NCBI RefSeq assembly: GCF_009834535.1
Contig: NC_045697.1
Coordinates: forward strand, 3,908,001-3,972,000
From: Camelus ferus
Taxonomy: Eukaryota
Length of the DNA: 64,000 nucleotides
Direction: 5' to 3'
In this document: one piece after another, positions 26,701-39,989 of the stretch
Position numbering within the stretch: position 1 is the first letter of the stretch
How the letters are laid out: each line of letters starts with the position of its first letter
The notes under the pieces: model-generated
What the model saw: the letters and a program-made list of their open reading frames with translations, nothing else
What the model was told of the DNA's origin: nothing
Database searches by the model: none
Made by a program: the position numbers and the translations under genes

Positions 26701-26985
26701 GGCTTCTCTGCACCTGTGCCATCCCTAAACGTGGCCTCCTTCTCGCTGTGACTTTTGCTCTGGGCTTTCTCGTGCACGGTGGTGGGCACATCACTGCGTC
26801 TCTCCTTGGCGGCCTCACCTTCGCTGTTGCAGTCCTTGGGGGAGGACGTGTCTGTGCTAGCTGGCGGGGCTGTGGATGACGAAGAAGAGCTAGAGTAAGA
26901 ACAGACTTTAGACTTGTTCCACACAGTCATGATTTCTTGCAGGCAAACTGGTTTCTCAGAAAGTGGTGGGAATGCTTCATAGTAC
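23703..26985 (-). CDS. KIAA0232: KIAA0232 coding exon 5, a giant internal exon of 3283 nt (YYEAFPPLSEKP...SSGQLHE)
   Basis: Forms the core of the 1124-aa ORF 23622..26996. Acceptor ttgtttttcag|G at 26986/26985 and donor GAG|gtatgt at 23703/23702; phase 2/0. Ser/Glu/Asp-rich low-complexity sequence matching recalled KIAA0232. Confidence 0.97.
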
Positions 26986-27289
26986 CTGAAAAACAAGTAG
27001 AGAATTCAAAAGTGGGCACTCAGATGTATCAGATACAGTAAAACAACATCACCAATCAGAGAAATGGGATATTTCATCTCAGCAGTCAATGTTTACATCG
27101 TCCATAAATTACTAACTTAAACAATTAATAATACAGTAAAATATGTCTTATATTTAGTTCTATGGATCAAGCACCTTTATGTTCAGCACTGGGATAAGCA
27201 TTATAAGGGTATTTAGAAGACATGCAAGGGATGGTGTTTAGTGTTTGGATTCTAACTAAGAAGTCACAAATGAGAGACATAATACAGTG

Positions 27290-27660
27290 GAGAGAATGTA
27301 ATCTTTTGATAAGAGATATGTGGGTTTGAACCTCAGCTCAGTCACTGACTGTGCCTGTGACTTTAAGCTTATCATGTGGGGTCTCAGTCCATTTCCTCAA
27401 CTGTAAAATGGTGGTAGTATGACTTACCTCACAAGGCTGTTGTGAGCACTGGAAACAGGTGTAGGTGAAAAGCTGGATAACAAAGCAGTCGAGAGCATGA
27501 GCTCTGAAGCCACACTCCCTAAGTCTGAATCCTGACTTTGCCACTTACTAGCTGTGTGACCTTAGGCATGGTCCTTAACCTCTCTGTGGCCTACAAAATG
27601 GGGTAATAGTATCTGCCTTGGAGAGCTGTCAGTAAAGGCATTAATATGTGAAATGAGACA
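27290..27660 (+). mobile_element. Two adjacent MIR SINEs
   Basis: Two MIR cores: tctcagtccatttcctcaactgtaaaatgg and ctttgccacttactagctgtgtgaccttagg. Confidence 0.75.
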
Positions 27661-28135
27661 GAGAGCACCCCAGTGATTACTGCTGCTATCATGGCCTTTT
27701 CCCAGGAGGCCAGGGCAATGCCCAGCATCAAGCAGGCCCTCAGAAATGGCAGGGGTCGTGGTATTCAAGCGCTCAGAAAAGAGGATGCTGGTGAGGCCTA
27801 GAACAATTAGAGAAAGTGGACCACAGTGGAGACTTCAAGTGTCAGCCATGCAGCAGTTTGGTGAGTACTGACTGTGAGGCCTGGGACCCTGTGTGAGGAC
27901 ACGAAGATGCTGTGCTCATGGAACTGAAGCCCCACTAGACCAACAACTGCTGGAAATACAGGGCAGGACAACCAGGAAGGCTGGTTTCAGAGGGCTTGAA
28001 AACAAGAAAGAAGAGTTTGCAGGAAACTAGTAGCCATTGAAGGTTTCAGAGCAAGACAGCCTGCCAAAGGAAGACTTGAGAGTCAGTCTGGCTACCAAGG
28101 TGGGCCTAGACTCGACTCTCCTTTTCAGTCTATAC

Positions 28136-28447
28136 CAGCACTGTCCAATAGAAATGTACTGTGAGCTTCACAAGTAATTTTCAATGTTCTGGGACTCCCA
28201 ATAGAAATGTAAGAAGAAACTGGTGAAATTAACTTCAACAGTGTATTTCACTTAACCAAATATATCCACATTAGCATTTCATATGTAATCAATAATTTAA
28301 AATACTAATGCAATATTTTACATTCTTTTGTATATGAAGTCTGAACTCTGGTGAGTATAACACATACAGCACATCTCAATTTGAAGCAGCCACATCTCAA
28401 ATGGTCAACAGGCACACACGGCTGTGGTTACCATGCCGGACAGAGCA
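28136..28447. mobile_element. MER33/MER3-like hAT-Charlie MITE
   Basis: Begins cagcactgtccaatagaaat and ends ggttaccatgccggacagagc; internal gcacatctcaatttgaagcagccacatctcaa. Confidence 0.75.
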
Positions 28448-28967
28448 TGCAACACAACCAATTGAATGCTGTTTTTTCCTTAAGACTTAGGAGTTCATAA
28501 GATTCAAATAAAATGTATAATAAGGAAGTCTGCTTACAGTGCAGCCAATTTTAATACTAACCATTTACAGAGAAAGACAGAAAAGCATCTTCAGGAAACA
28601 AGTCTGACGAGGTCAATGACTTGCTTGGCTTCCTTGTGTGTAAAACAAGAGCAAGCATAATTTCTCACCACTGTCTCAAAGGACTGGCGTGGATGTCAAA
28701 GGTCATATATGAATGGATCATAAATAACAACCTTGCTTGTCTGATTGGTTCATTTCAAATACTGATTTAACATGTCTAAAAAGGGTAAGACTGTCTTATT
28801 CACCTTCGAATTCTCAGTGTCAAGTACACAATAAGTGCTCAATAAATGTTTCCTGGGTTATAAAATATCAAACTAAATAGAAGATGACAAACACTGTAAA
28901 CCATGCAGCAGTCATTAGTCTGATTTTAACAAATGCACACTTTATTACTGAGTACAAGCTTACATAC

Positions 28968-29049
28968 ATTTCCACTTGATCCTTTGCTGTAGGGGATAAT
29001 TCTGCCTCTGGAGAGGGAGACCCCTCTAATTTTTTGTGAATCTTCTCTT
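28968..29049 (-). CDS. KIAA0232: KIAA0232 coding exon 4 (82 nt; EEKIHKKLEGSPSPEAELSPTAKDQVEM)
   Basis: Acceptor tttcataacag|AA and donor AAT|gtatgt; phase 1/2, compatible with both neighbouring exons. Confidence 0.93.
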
Positions 29050-30205
29050 CTGTTATGAAACAAAAATTCAGAAAGATTTGTCTTATATCTAGTTAATAAA
29101 TGCTTGTGTTTTTAAAAGTTTCTCAAGTAAATTTAATCAGGAATTAAACAGGTTTTTGTGGCTTAAAAAGAACTCTATACCAGTTTGCCATTTTAATAAA
29201 AATCTATCTCTTCAGTGTGCCAGAGGGAATTCTCTGGCTAAACTACATCAGCATTGGGCTGAGAGCTGAGAGGAGTTCATCTCAGCACTGACAGTGCTCT
29301 GGAGGCACTTAATTATGAGACTGAAATCCCCTGGGTACCTATTAATTACACCAGAAGGAGAGAACATCTGTTTAGACTCCAAAAATACTTTCTCACAAAA
29401 TTCTGCACTCATGGACTTTATATTGCCTCATCTTGACTAATACTAACATGAAAGAAAGTTATTACAATTAGCTCTGTTACTAGGTGAGCAAGGGCTGTGT
29501 TTCAACCAAAATAGAAGCAAAGGGCTATACTCTTAGCTTAGCTCATGATACTGACCTCAGATTAGAAACAAATAAACTGCGCCCTTGAAAGGTAGGCTCA
29601 CGGCTTGCTGGACAGCAAAATAACCATGAAGAGGACGTGGGAAATAAAGATCCTTAACTGTAACAGGTAACTTCCATTCTACAGGCTTGCAGAGAAGTTG
29701 GGAAAAGCAGCTGTGAGGGTGATTCATGAACCAAAATGACTTAATGAGTTTGTCAAGTCTGCCTGCCCCAAAACTTCCAGAGTCAAGGCAGAAGTTCCTT
29801 CCAAACCTGTAATGATTAGTTTTGACACCTTTGGAGGCCTTGATGTCAACAGGCAGATATTAATTAGGGTGGGTGGGGGGGGAAGAGAAGAGATTATTGC
29901 TCCTGATCCCTGGGCTTCAATCTGAACAAAAAGAGAAGTCTCCTCTCCCTAGGGCACCTGTGGATTAAGTCACTCCTCTGAGAACAGGGATGTATCTACG
30001 AGTGATGGTGGAGGGAGGGCTGACCCGGAAGCCACTCACAGATAGAGACACTGCCTGATACTGGCCCCGGCCCCATGACACACCGAATACAAAGGCTTTG
30101 TTCCTGCTGCCTTTCCTTTTGGATCAATTCTATTTCCCCCAATCAAACTCCTTGTTGACTAGATCCTACTGCGCACAGACAGCCTTTTGGAAGCGGTGTT
30201 CTCAC

Positions 30206-30272
30206 CTTGCTTACTCTGAAGGTCTTTCAGCCTGGAGCAGAGCTCCTCCACTAAAGTCTCGATACCAGAGCT
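30206..30272 (-). CDS. KIAA0232: KIAA0232 coding exon 3 (67 nt; SSGIETLVEELCSRLKDLQSKQ)
   Basis: Acceptor ttctcatgcag|AGC and donor AAG|gtgaga; phase 0/1. Confidence 0.95.
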
Positions 30273-33200
30273 CTGCATGAGAACAAAACACACGTTAGTT
30301 TACTGCCAGGTATGTACAAGTCAGGTATTTGTATACTCTTGTTTTAGTACAAAAGTTTTATAAATCTTCCACGTTTCAAAAGAAATACATTATCAATATT
30401 TAAATGAACACAAGTTTAAAAATTACAGGCTTGTAGATCCAATTTAGTATACATATTTTACTAATAAAGTATATTCAATGGCACCTACTAATAAAAAGCA
30501 AAACTATCAATGTACCTCCCACACAGATTCTGTCTTCCCAGGGATGTAGCATCTTGCCCACAGGGAAGCCTAAGGACCTAAACGCCCAATTATGGTTAAA
30601 AGTCAGTCACCATCAAAAACAGCATTCTGTATCTGTGGAGTAAGCGCTTGTAACCAGATTTAGTACAAATTAAAATCACAAAAATCTCATTGTGGGCCTC
30701 TAGGAGCTCATGGGCTGAAGAAAAGCAAGGTGATTTTTTTTCTTTTAAAGTGCACACTCGTGACTGGAACAGAAACAGCAGACAGAAAATATGCATCGTT
30801 ACCGTGAACAAATGTGAAAGCCGTACTTTAAGGGTCATGAACAGGGCATTAGCCTCTGCGCAGACCTGGGGTAAAACACAAGAAGAGCACGTAGAGAGTC
30901 TGAAATCGGGAGGATGAGAGTAAGAGCCAAATTCTAAAGAAAAATGAGTGCTGGAAATAGGCATGAACAAATCTCCCACCACGCCGACTGCAAACTTCTA
31001 AAATTCTCTATTTCTCACAGGGGGAAAGAAAGATCTTTTACAAGGTACAAAAAAAGTGAATGTACTTCCTAGGAACTTTACATTTATTCAGTGGCTGAAA
31101 GTCCTATGTAATGTGGAATTGAGTCTCTCGGTGGGCACGATCCAAACAGATGCACAGGACTCTGCTCACCCGCCGCCCTCAGAGGGCCTTGAGGGGCTAA
31201 AAATAGAACGTTACCCCATTCACTTCACTCAGAATGACTCAGCACAAGTACTAGAGAAATCCTAAACAAGAAACCGCACATTACACAGTTTGAGCAGCGA
31301 GAAAAATTACCATGAAAACGATTAATTATAAACACTGACAGTCACATTCCATTCACGTCATATCGCAGCTTTTACAAGGAGAAAGGACAGGAGAAGAAAG
31401 AGAAATGGGCCAGAGAAGAGCTGTCCTTTCCTTAAAAACACCCTTAAAAACCATGGTAGACATTAGTCACAAACCCAGCTCTGACTACACAATTCCATTG
31501 GAGAGCCTCAGCTTACCATAACGTTCAAGGTGTGATGAGTATGGCCGTTTTACTCCATTTCCTCCAGACCGTGAACCTAACACCGGCGTCAGCTGACACG
31601 CGGCTGCACGCTTTCCTGTACAGCGAGTCCTGTCCCTGTGTTTCTAAACCCGGTGCCAGTCTCCAGGGCAGAGCACCGAGCCCCTAGGGATTGCTTATTC
31701 CACTCCGCTCAGTGCTCTGAAGTGGCGGGCTGTTTACGGGTCTCCACAGAACAATCACCACAACCTAGTCAACAGATACTATTTTTTACGCCTCATCTTG
31801 GAAATTACCTCCACACAACTGTAACTTCAGTTGTTCTGGACAGTTAACGCAGCTTAGGAGTATACACGTTTGCTGTCAAACATAAACGGAAAAGCAACAA
31901 TGAGCTTACTCCTGATCTCTGTGACCGAGAGCAAGCTCTACCCACACCAGGCCTCTGCCTTTCTTCCTTGATTCCTGCAGCATCCTACAAACACATACAC
32001 ATATACATATATAAATAAAAATTATTAGACCACTGGGTTCCTGTAATAGCAAACTGAAAAACTAAAGGGGATAGCAAAAGCAGCACTGTACACTGTCATC
32101 TTATGGCAGCTGTTCTGAAGTGTTGATTTGCTGTTAATGAGAAGTTTTGTTTACTTTCCCAATTATGGTATAAACTACTAGATGAGTTTAATGATCATAT
32201 TTTAATAGTATACCATATCCACAGGGGCATTCAAGAATACTAAGAGACGGCAGTATCTTAAGAAAGAGAAAGTACATTATACCCACATTTTAGGGAGAAC
32301 TCTATAGAACATGCTGTAGGTAAAAAAAAAAAAAATACCAACATTCTACCACTAAATTCATGAATTGTCTTCTCAACTGTAAAATGGGTATTACCCACTT
32401 ACCCCTCAGAATCAAACTAACACACAACAGTGCTCTGCAAACCGTAAGAGCGCTCTAAAGTCCACGTTACGCTACCCGGGTCTGAATGCGGGGAGCCGCG
32501 CGCACACAGGGACTGCGCGGCGCAGCAGCGGGCCAGGAAGCAGTCTTCCAGGTGCACGGCCGTCCACTGGTTTCTCTCTCTCTCACCCTGTCAGCAAATG
32601 GTCAGGGGCCCCCAGTGTGCCAGGCAGGACACCCGGGGAGACAAGCTCCCTGCCCTCATGGAGGCTACACTCTAATAACCCTTACTTCTCCAAGGAGATG
32701 GCCAGGAGGAACGGATGTGGGTCTGCAGTCCCACCCTGCCGCATACTCCCTGGGCAGCAGGCTGTGGGCCTCTCCTTGTCTCTGAACACCTGCCTCTCAA
32801 GAAGCCCGCGCATAAACTAAGAAGATGAACATGTGAGGCACCCACGAGAATGCCTGTCATATCAGTCACCTAAACACTGGTGCCTTCTCTAGATTTTGGG
32901 TATGTTTTTGATTTTCCAAAGTCTCATATTGGGATTCATTGCTTTTGAAACGCCTTGAATTTCTGCTGCTATTTGAGCTGGAGGCTGGAGGAGGAAGAAA
33001 CATAACTCATCTGACCCAGATAACCCGGAGGCCCCTGGATTCTGCCTGGGCTCCGGGTGCTGGCACTGCCGCGTCCCCTCCCCTGGGCTGCAGGCTGGAG
33101 TCAGACCCTCCCGTGATGGTGGAGACGGAGCCTGCGTCAAACACTGCAGCCACTGTCCCACTGCTTCTGGGAGTCTTGTGTGTTCCCAGACACATTTCTG

Positions 33201-34149
33201 TCATTTCCCATCCCACAGCACTTCCAGTGCTTCTCCATCCTCCCTGCCTCCCATCCTGCTCAACCAATGACCTTAATCATTAGGATAAAGAAAACAAAGG
33301 CAAGCTGATTTATTTTTCTCGTTTCCTCTCCTCTCCATATTCAAAGGTTTCTGCAGCTATATGAGTCATCTCAAAAGTTAATCCTCTATGGAGAACCCTT
33401 TTGGACTGGATATGCTCCAATACTGGACAGGTACTCCCACACCAGCCCTGTGATCACTAAGCAGCATGATCCTCAGGGACACTCAACGGCCTGTTCCATT
33501 CAGGGGCAGCAAGGTGGGAGTCAAAAAGAACTGGGTTTGACTTTCACCCCAGAGTTAGCCACATGACTAGTGAGCCATAAGTCACTCACCTACTGAAGCC
33601 TCACTTTTCACAGCTGGAAAACGGTGCGAATACCACTGACACAACTCCTAATAGCCGGTCTGGGGGCTTCTTGTGTCAGTCCCCTCATTTCTTTTTTCTC
33701 TCGTATTTACAATTTCTTCATTTTTTGGTTCCTCCTTCTGGGAGATTTCCTCAGCTGTATCTTCCAATCCTTCTGTTGAGTCTTTTCATATTATTATTTT
33801 TCAAATTTTCAAGAGATCATCTTGTCCCTTGAATATTTCTTCTTTGCAGCAAGCTTTTCCTCAGAGAGAAATTCCTCGTCTTCAGAGTTCTGGCAGCCAG
33901 GCAGAAGAAAGGGGTGGGGATTCCCCAGTCAATTTGCCAACTTTCATTTAGCCCCCAATGTTCATTATGGGATCTCATGATTTCCCTCAGAGGTGCCCGG
34001 TGTCCTAAGCCTGTCTGTTTTCCATCTCTCCAGAAAGTACCTGCCAGGATGGGGAAAGCCTATCCTTTGGGGCCCCAGGGAACCATGTCTTCTGGCACTC
34101 ACCCCTAGTGCAGACCCCTCTCACAAGTCTGCTGGGATTCCTCAGTGAG

Positions 34150-34440
34150 ACACTACCAAGTGTGAAGCATGCCCTCCTGGGCTCCCCTGCCAGGTGCAGA
34201 AGCCTAAACGAGCCATGTAGAGAAGGTGGCTGAGCTGCCAGACAAGTGAAGAGAGCGATCCTGGATGTTCCAGTCCCAGCTACCACTGACTGCGACAGCA
34301 TGAGATCTCAGACAGGACCAGCCAAAGAACCTCCCAGCCGAACCCTAGCCAACCCACAGGACTGTGAGCAGCTAAAATGGCTGCTGCTGTCAGTCATTAA
34401 GTTTTGGGGTACCCTGTCATGCAGCAATAACCAAGGAACA
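34150..34440 (+). mobile_element. MaLR (MLT1-type) solo LTR fragment
   Basis: cccagccgaaccctagccaacccacaggactgtgagc...agtcattaagttttggggt...atgcagcaata. Confidence 0.65.
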
Positions 34441-35799
34441 GACTTCCAAACATTCCTGTGTTCAGACCCACCCTGCACATGGAAGTCGTCTACAGTTTTT
34501 CAGATCTCAGACTTTAATGTCTAAAGCAGAGCTAGGCACTGATGGAATGATTACTGGTGACCATTCCCTGAGAGTAAGTGATCAATTCCATACTTTACTG
34601 AGCGGAAGTTTTTAAAAGCCTTTTTAAAATCTAGAACTAAATTAAGGTTGAGTCATTAAACAAAAGAGCACCAATGAGATAACTGAGAACATACAGCAAG
34701 GTTCATAAACTCGTGCCTCAGTGGCCAGGGAAGTAACACAGACGTGTGACAACTAGGTCTAATGCAACAGGAAGCAGCGGTGCACGTGGCTATGAGGATA
34801 GAATAAACACCCCTGGCCATTCAAAGATAAAAAAAAATTTTTTTTAATCCAAATTAAAAAAAGGCTGTCTCTGTCAAGGCACCTGCACCAGGGCTGTGAT
34901 TCCCAACCTAAACACACGGGGGTCTACGAAAATCCACTCACTGGCCTGCCCCCAGCCTGGACTTGTGCTTGTTCTCTAGAACATGGTGCAGAGGAGGAGA
35001 GGTGTCTCCAGTGGATACACGTTGTCTGCATGCCTACCACAGGCCAGGGAGGAAGAGACCTACGTCCTCTTGGAATGATGGACAAAACACAGTTAAAGTT
35101 TGTCATAAGAAGTAGAAGATGTCAACCTCTGTTACAAGCAATGACCAAATAGCTTGATTAAACAAAACTTAGAAAAGCGCAGCTCTGCTTTGCCTCACTC
35201 TTTAGCAGGGCTACGGTCTGGAGAGCATCACCTGGACAGGGCAGAGATGCCCGGGTCGCATAAAAGCTGAACAAGATATTCAATGTCTCTGAGCCTCCGT
35301 TTCATCATCTACAGAAGAAAATACTTCAACTTGAATATTCAAGTCCTTCAACTTTCCTGGTTTCTGGTAGCATCCTAGTGATTTAGGCAGACCATGTTTT
35401 TAATGTATGCAGACAAATGTCCTGTTTCTAACTTTAATTTGGAGATGGCAGTTTCTCTTCCCGTCAGATATCCCTGTTCCTCCTGAAACAACCAAACTTC
35501 CTGAAGGAGATTCAGGAAAAGGAGCTTGGAAGGCTCCAGGCTCACTGTCTGGATATACTGCTTGTCACACCTCACTGGGGGAGTGACAAGAATAGCCAAG
35601 TTCCTCAAAGCAGAACTTAGAATGGTTATTCTTAATCCAGGAAGCATGAATTCTTAAGGAGGCTACCAGTGGGCACATAAGAAAAGTTTATGTGTATCTT
35701 TCAAGTTAGGTCTATAGCTTTCATCAGATATTCAGGTCTGTGGTAATGCCAAAATGGTGGGAAAAAACCTAACAACTGACTTTAATGTAGCAGTTGATG

Positions 35800-36130
35800 C
35801 CTAAGGATAGACTCTGCAGAAAGCACGGTACACATACACGAGAACGTTCCTTCCTGCGCTCTTTATAACAAGCAAAACTGGGAAACAACTGAGAGGTCCA
35901 TTACCAGAGGAATAAACAGCTTTATGGTGTTACAATGGACAACTATTCAGCAGTGAAAAGAAATTATAAGATCACACTGTCAACACAGATAAATCTTTAA
36001 AAATGTTAACTAAAAGAAGCAAGTTATAAAATACAGTATGATACTACTCATGTAAAGTTAACATGCAGAATAGTCTCACATTTGTGTATCTCCTCAAATA
36101 CCATTTGGTAAAAGTATAAAGGCGCACGCG
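35800..36130 (+). mobile_element. Ancient L1 (L1ME-like) 3' fragment
   Basis: aactgggaaacaact...aactattcagcagtgaaaag...aaagaagcaagttataaaatacagtatgatac. Confidence 0.55.
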
Positions 36131-36689
36131 GGAGAGAAGCACCAGTTCAGAGCAGTGGGAACCTTGGAGAGAGGCGCGGAGAAGCGCCGTCAGGAAAGGG
36201 TGCGGGGCCGAGCTGCGCTGTGAGTGTTTCCCAGGCCGCCTGCATGGGTGTGCACTGCTGTGTCTGTGCACCTGCTCCGTGTCTGCCTGTCTACCTCCCG
36301 CACCGGGTTGCTCACAGCCCACACCATAACCCCACACATACCTCTTTTTATGCCCTTTTGCTCACCTCACTCTCAGATTTTTATAGCAGCCCCTCCCCCT
36401 GGTTTCCTTTTTCATACCCTCACTTTCGGCATTTGATAGTTCAGGAAATTTCCTATAAAAATCCCAATTTTCTAACTTTTCACCAGGACAGCACTCGCCA
36501 AGGTAACCATCAGCGAGCGCCGGGGCGGGCCTGGGCCCTGCGGTTCACCACAGGCCTCCCCTCTCCCTCCTGTCTTACTCACTTAGCTTCCTGCTCAGCC
36601 CCGGGAGACCGTGAGCCAGCGAGCTCTGGTGAGATAAACAAGCAAGGGGTCTGTTATTTAACCTCCTCCCCAAACCACCCGCCCATCAG

Positions 36690-37360
36690 CCCGACATGCA
36701 TATCCAACTGCGTTTTCAGCATCTCCACTGCACTCTCCTGGGCACCTCACATTCAAATCTTAATTCACACCCATCCACCCACAAATTAGTGTTCCATCCC
36801 TAGTTTCCTTTTCCTCAGTAAATGAAAATCCCATTCTTGCAGCTGCTCAGCCCCAAAACCCTGGCTATCCGCCTCAACCCTGCCCCTTTCCTCCACCCCA
36901 TGTCCATCCTGTCAGTTCCAACTTCAAAACAGATTTGGAATCTAACCAGGTCCCATCCTCACCGACCCTCTGGTCTGATATGATGGCTCCTTAGCTGCTC
37001 TCCCTGCATCTGCCTCGGCCCCTCCAACCAGTCTTCCTGCAGTGGCCAGCTGGGCCCTTACATTACCCCTACTCCAAACTCTCCAATATTCGTGGTTTAT
37101 CAGAGGAAAAGCCAAAGTCCTCAGAAGGGCCTCCAGGCTCCCCTGAGTGCTCCCGCTCCATCCATGCCCTAGGAGATAGGCCTGGGCTTCCCAGAGCAGG
37201 GCTGGCTGTGACAACACAGCAATTGTGAGCCTTCCCAGCTTTAATAACGTGGCTTCTCAGAGGGCTGGCCTGTAGAAGGTGCACAGCATCACTTCGTACA
37301 ACGTACACAGAACACCAGACAGGTACCACACACATTAAGTGCTCAATAAAGATTATCACT
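36690..37360 (+). mobile_element. L2 LINE 3' fragment
   Basis: catatccaactgc...catctccact...; ends acacattaagtgctcaataaa. Confidence 0.6.
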
Positions 37361-39989
37361 GTCTCATGCTCTAATTATCCAGAATGAATTAAGCTCTAAC
37401 ATCAGCATGCAAAGAAACAAGATGTATGGTCAAAATCAACCCTGAAAGTACTCCCATGAACTACTTTACATGGTTTTTGTACATACAACCCTGCACAGCA
37501 GATAAACAATACATACACGAAATACTAAGATGTACTGTGTACTTTAACTGGCAGAAAGAATTTTACAGGCAGGCTTAGCTGAATGTGAAAATATGAGCAA
37601 CTAGAGTAAGACTCCACTGTACCTGGATCATAAGTCCTCTGTAAGGCTCTCTACAGAACCACCGGCGGAGTCAGCTACCCAGGGTATGCAGCAGCGCTGT
37701 TACTTTTCAAAACTAACTTAACCAAAACAAGTTATCATTGCATCCTAACTTCATTTACTCCCCAAACAGGGCCTTGTTGAGTTTCTGATATTCTTCCAAA
37801 GTGGAAGATGAAATCCTAGCTTCGATTCAGTTTTAAGTAGCTCAGTTAAAAAAAAAAACAAAACACCAAAATATAACTAATTATTAAAAATAAAACAAAA
37901 CCAAACAACATAAAAAGCTTGAACTTTGGGGATAGAGAAAACAGAACCAAGTAAACTCGAGGAGTCAGAAAGCAACAGCTGGCACAGCTCAACTTTGTTT
38001 CAAGTTTTTAAAAGGGAGGAGAGGTCTGGGTGCACACGCCATGTCCACTGACAACAGGAACGAATCAGCTTAGGATAACCTTCCGTATCTATAAAGTGCC
38101 CCGTCACTGCGTCCCAGCCCCACTCCTCTCTACAGGCCCCATTACTAACTGCACTCAAAGCAAGTGCAAAATGTTATAGAAAACGAGCACCCTGAGAATT
38201 ACCTCTTATCTGCATGCGTGAACGAAGAGCATTAGAAAGGCAGTTTCAGCTGGGACCTAACAAACAATGAGGCCCATCGAAGGTCATGATCCCCCGGAGG
38301 GATAAACAACCACCACCTGCAGGTCTTCACAGGTGCCGCCAACATATAAAATAAAAATTCGACATAACTGAGCTTCCATGTGGTTTTGGCAACATTTCTC
38401 AGATAAAATATTGACCTGAGCAGGTCAAGAGACGTGCTGTAATGTGGGGCACAACCTGATGCAAGAATTACGTGGAGGCACAGAGTCACATCACAGGTAC
38501 GTGAAAGGGAAGTCAGCCATTCTACTCATACCACGATGCGGTGAGGAGTCTGATACCTTGGGGATGCTTTTATAGAAACAGCTAACACTGCAGCTGTGAC
38601 AGTCACACATGCACACGGGAAAGTAACGAGAAAAGAATTCATCTTGTGTAATACATAATATCACCTCTACTTACCTGGCCAGCACAGTGAGAGCCTATGT
38701 TACAGTCATATCACCTATGTTATAGTCATGTGATTATGTCATTCACATTTTAATCAATTAGATTGTAAACTTATTAGTGGCTTTGGATTCTGAGCAGTTC
38801 GTAGTGACTACACAGAGCTGCACTAAGAAGAGCTCTTAGTTGCCACTAGAACTGGGTGGGAAAGCAAAGCACAGAACCACAAGCACTGCCATCCTCAGCG
38901 TTTAGGAGACGAACACCACACTATACACAGACCTTCACTGTGGTCAAAATATAAAACAGAACTTTGGCATTACAATTTCCTATGTAGCGCCTTCCTCGCT
39001 CCTTTGTTTTCACCGGAGCCACCAGACATTCTAGAAAGGAAAGCCAGGGGACACACAAATAGTCAGTCCACAGTTCATAAACGACCACACTGATTCCTTT
39101 CTATGGTTACAGGCCATAATTAAAGAGGGTTCTTTTCAACTTCTTTCCATTGGCTCCCCAAGAACCTGACGAGCTGGCTTACAGGGCCTGTGCACCAATG
39201 TACAAACAGCAGGTGCCTCAGGTACGGGGCTCTGGGCTTGAAGACTTCCTACTTCCTTTTCATTCTGTCCCCAAGCACTCGGTTGAGTTCCTGGTGTATG
39301 CCTGGCACATTCACTTCCTCAGCCAACTTTAATTTGGTAAGATTAAAAAACAATCACTATTAGGAAAAAGCAATGCAATCATTTATCATAAAACGAGAAG
39401 GACAGAGTAAGACACGACAAATAGACTTCATTGCGCTTGTAAACGAAAATCTTGCCTTTGACAGCCAGGCAAAGGAAAGCATTTTCCAAAGGAGCAACTC
39501 AGAGAATCAAAGATCTCTGCAACCCACTCTCCTTCCCTGTGCTGTTTCTACCCGACACCAAGCTCCTGTCTGCACACAGCCTGCTTGGCTAGGATGGATT
39601 ACACACACTCAGCAGGCTGCAGGAGGAGCCGGGTCTTGCACTGCACTAGGACAAGGTATCTGTGCTCCCTACTCTTCCACAGCTGGCTTCAGCTGTCCTT
39701 GTTTTTCACTCCGCTTCACCATGAGTCGAAGGCTAGAGTCGTTTCTCAGCAACTTTGCTCTAAGGCAGAAATAAGATCCTGTCCCAGATTGAAACTCCCT
39801 ACTCATATTTTCCTCCCAACCATGACTCAGCAGCAGCTTCTCTGGACTGTACTCAAAGAATTTACCTGAACTAACCTCTCACTTTTAAAAACCATCTGCA
39901 TTCTGAATTCCTTTAAAAGCTCCAAATTCCTTTACCAATCTATTACTCCCTTCAGTGTCCCCCAGAAGACACCTTTTGGGTAACTGTCC

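Noticed and set aside
26146..26879. Antisense + strand ORFs (201 aa, 108 aa) overlapping the giant exon
   Set aside because: Shadow ORFs caused by the GC-rich coding strand; no recognisable protein, start context or splice structure.
23622..26996. The 1124-aa ORF as a standalone intronless gene or retrogene
   Set aside because: It starts at a TTG in the polypyrimidine tract and is bounded by canonical splice sites in phase with the flanking exons, so it is an internal exon.
38669..38730. Perfect minus-strand donor CAG|gtaagt beside a 20-bp tandem duplication (cctatgttacagtcatatca / cctatgttatagtcatgtga)
   Set aside because: No convincing upstream acceptor; the duplication is an ordinary slippage event, not an array.
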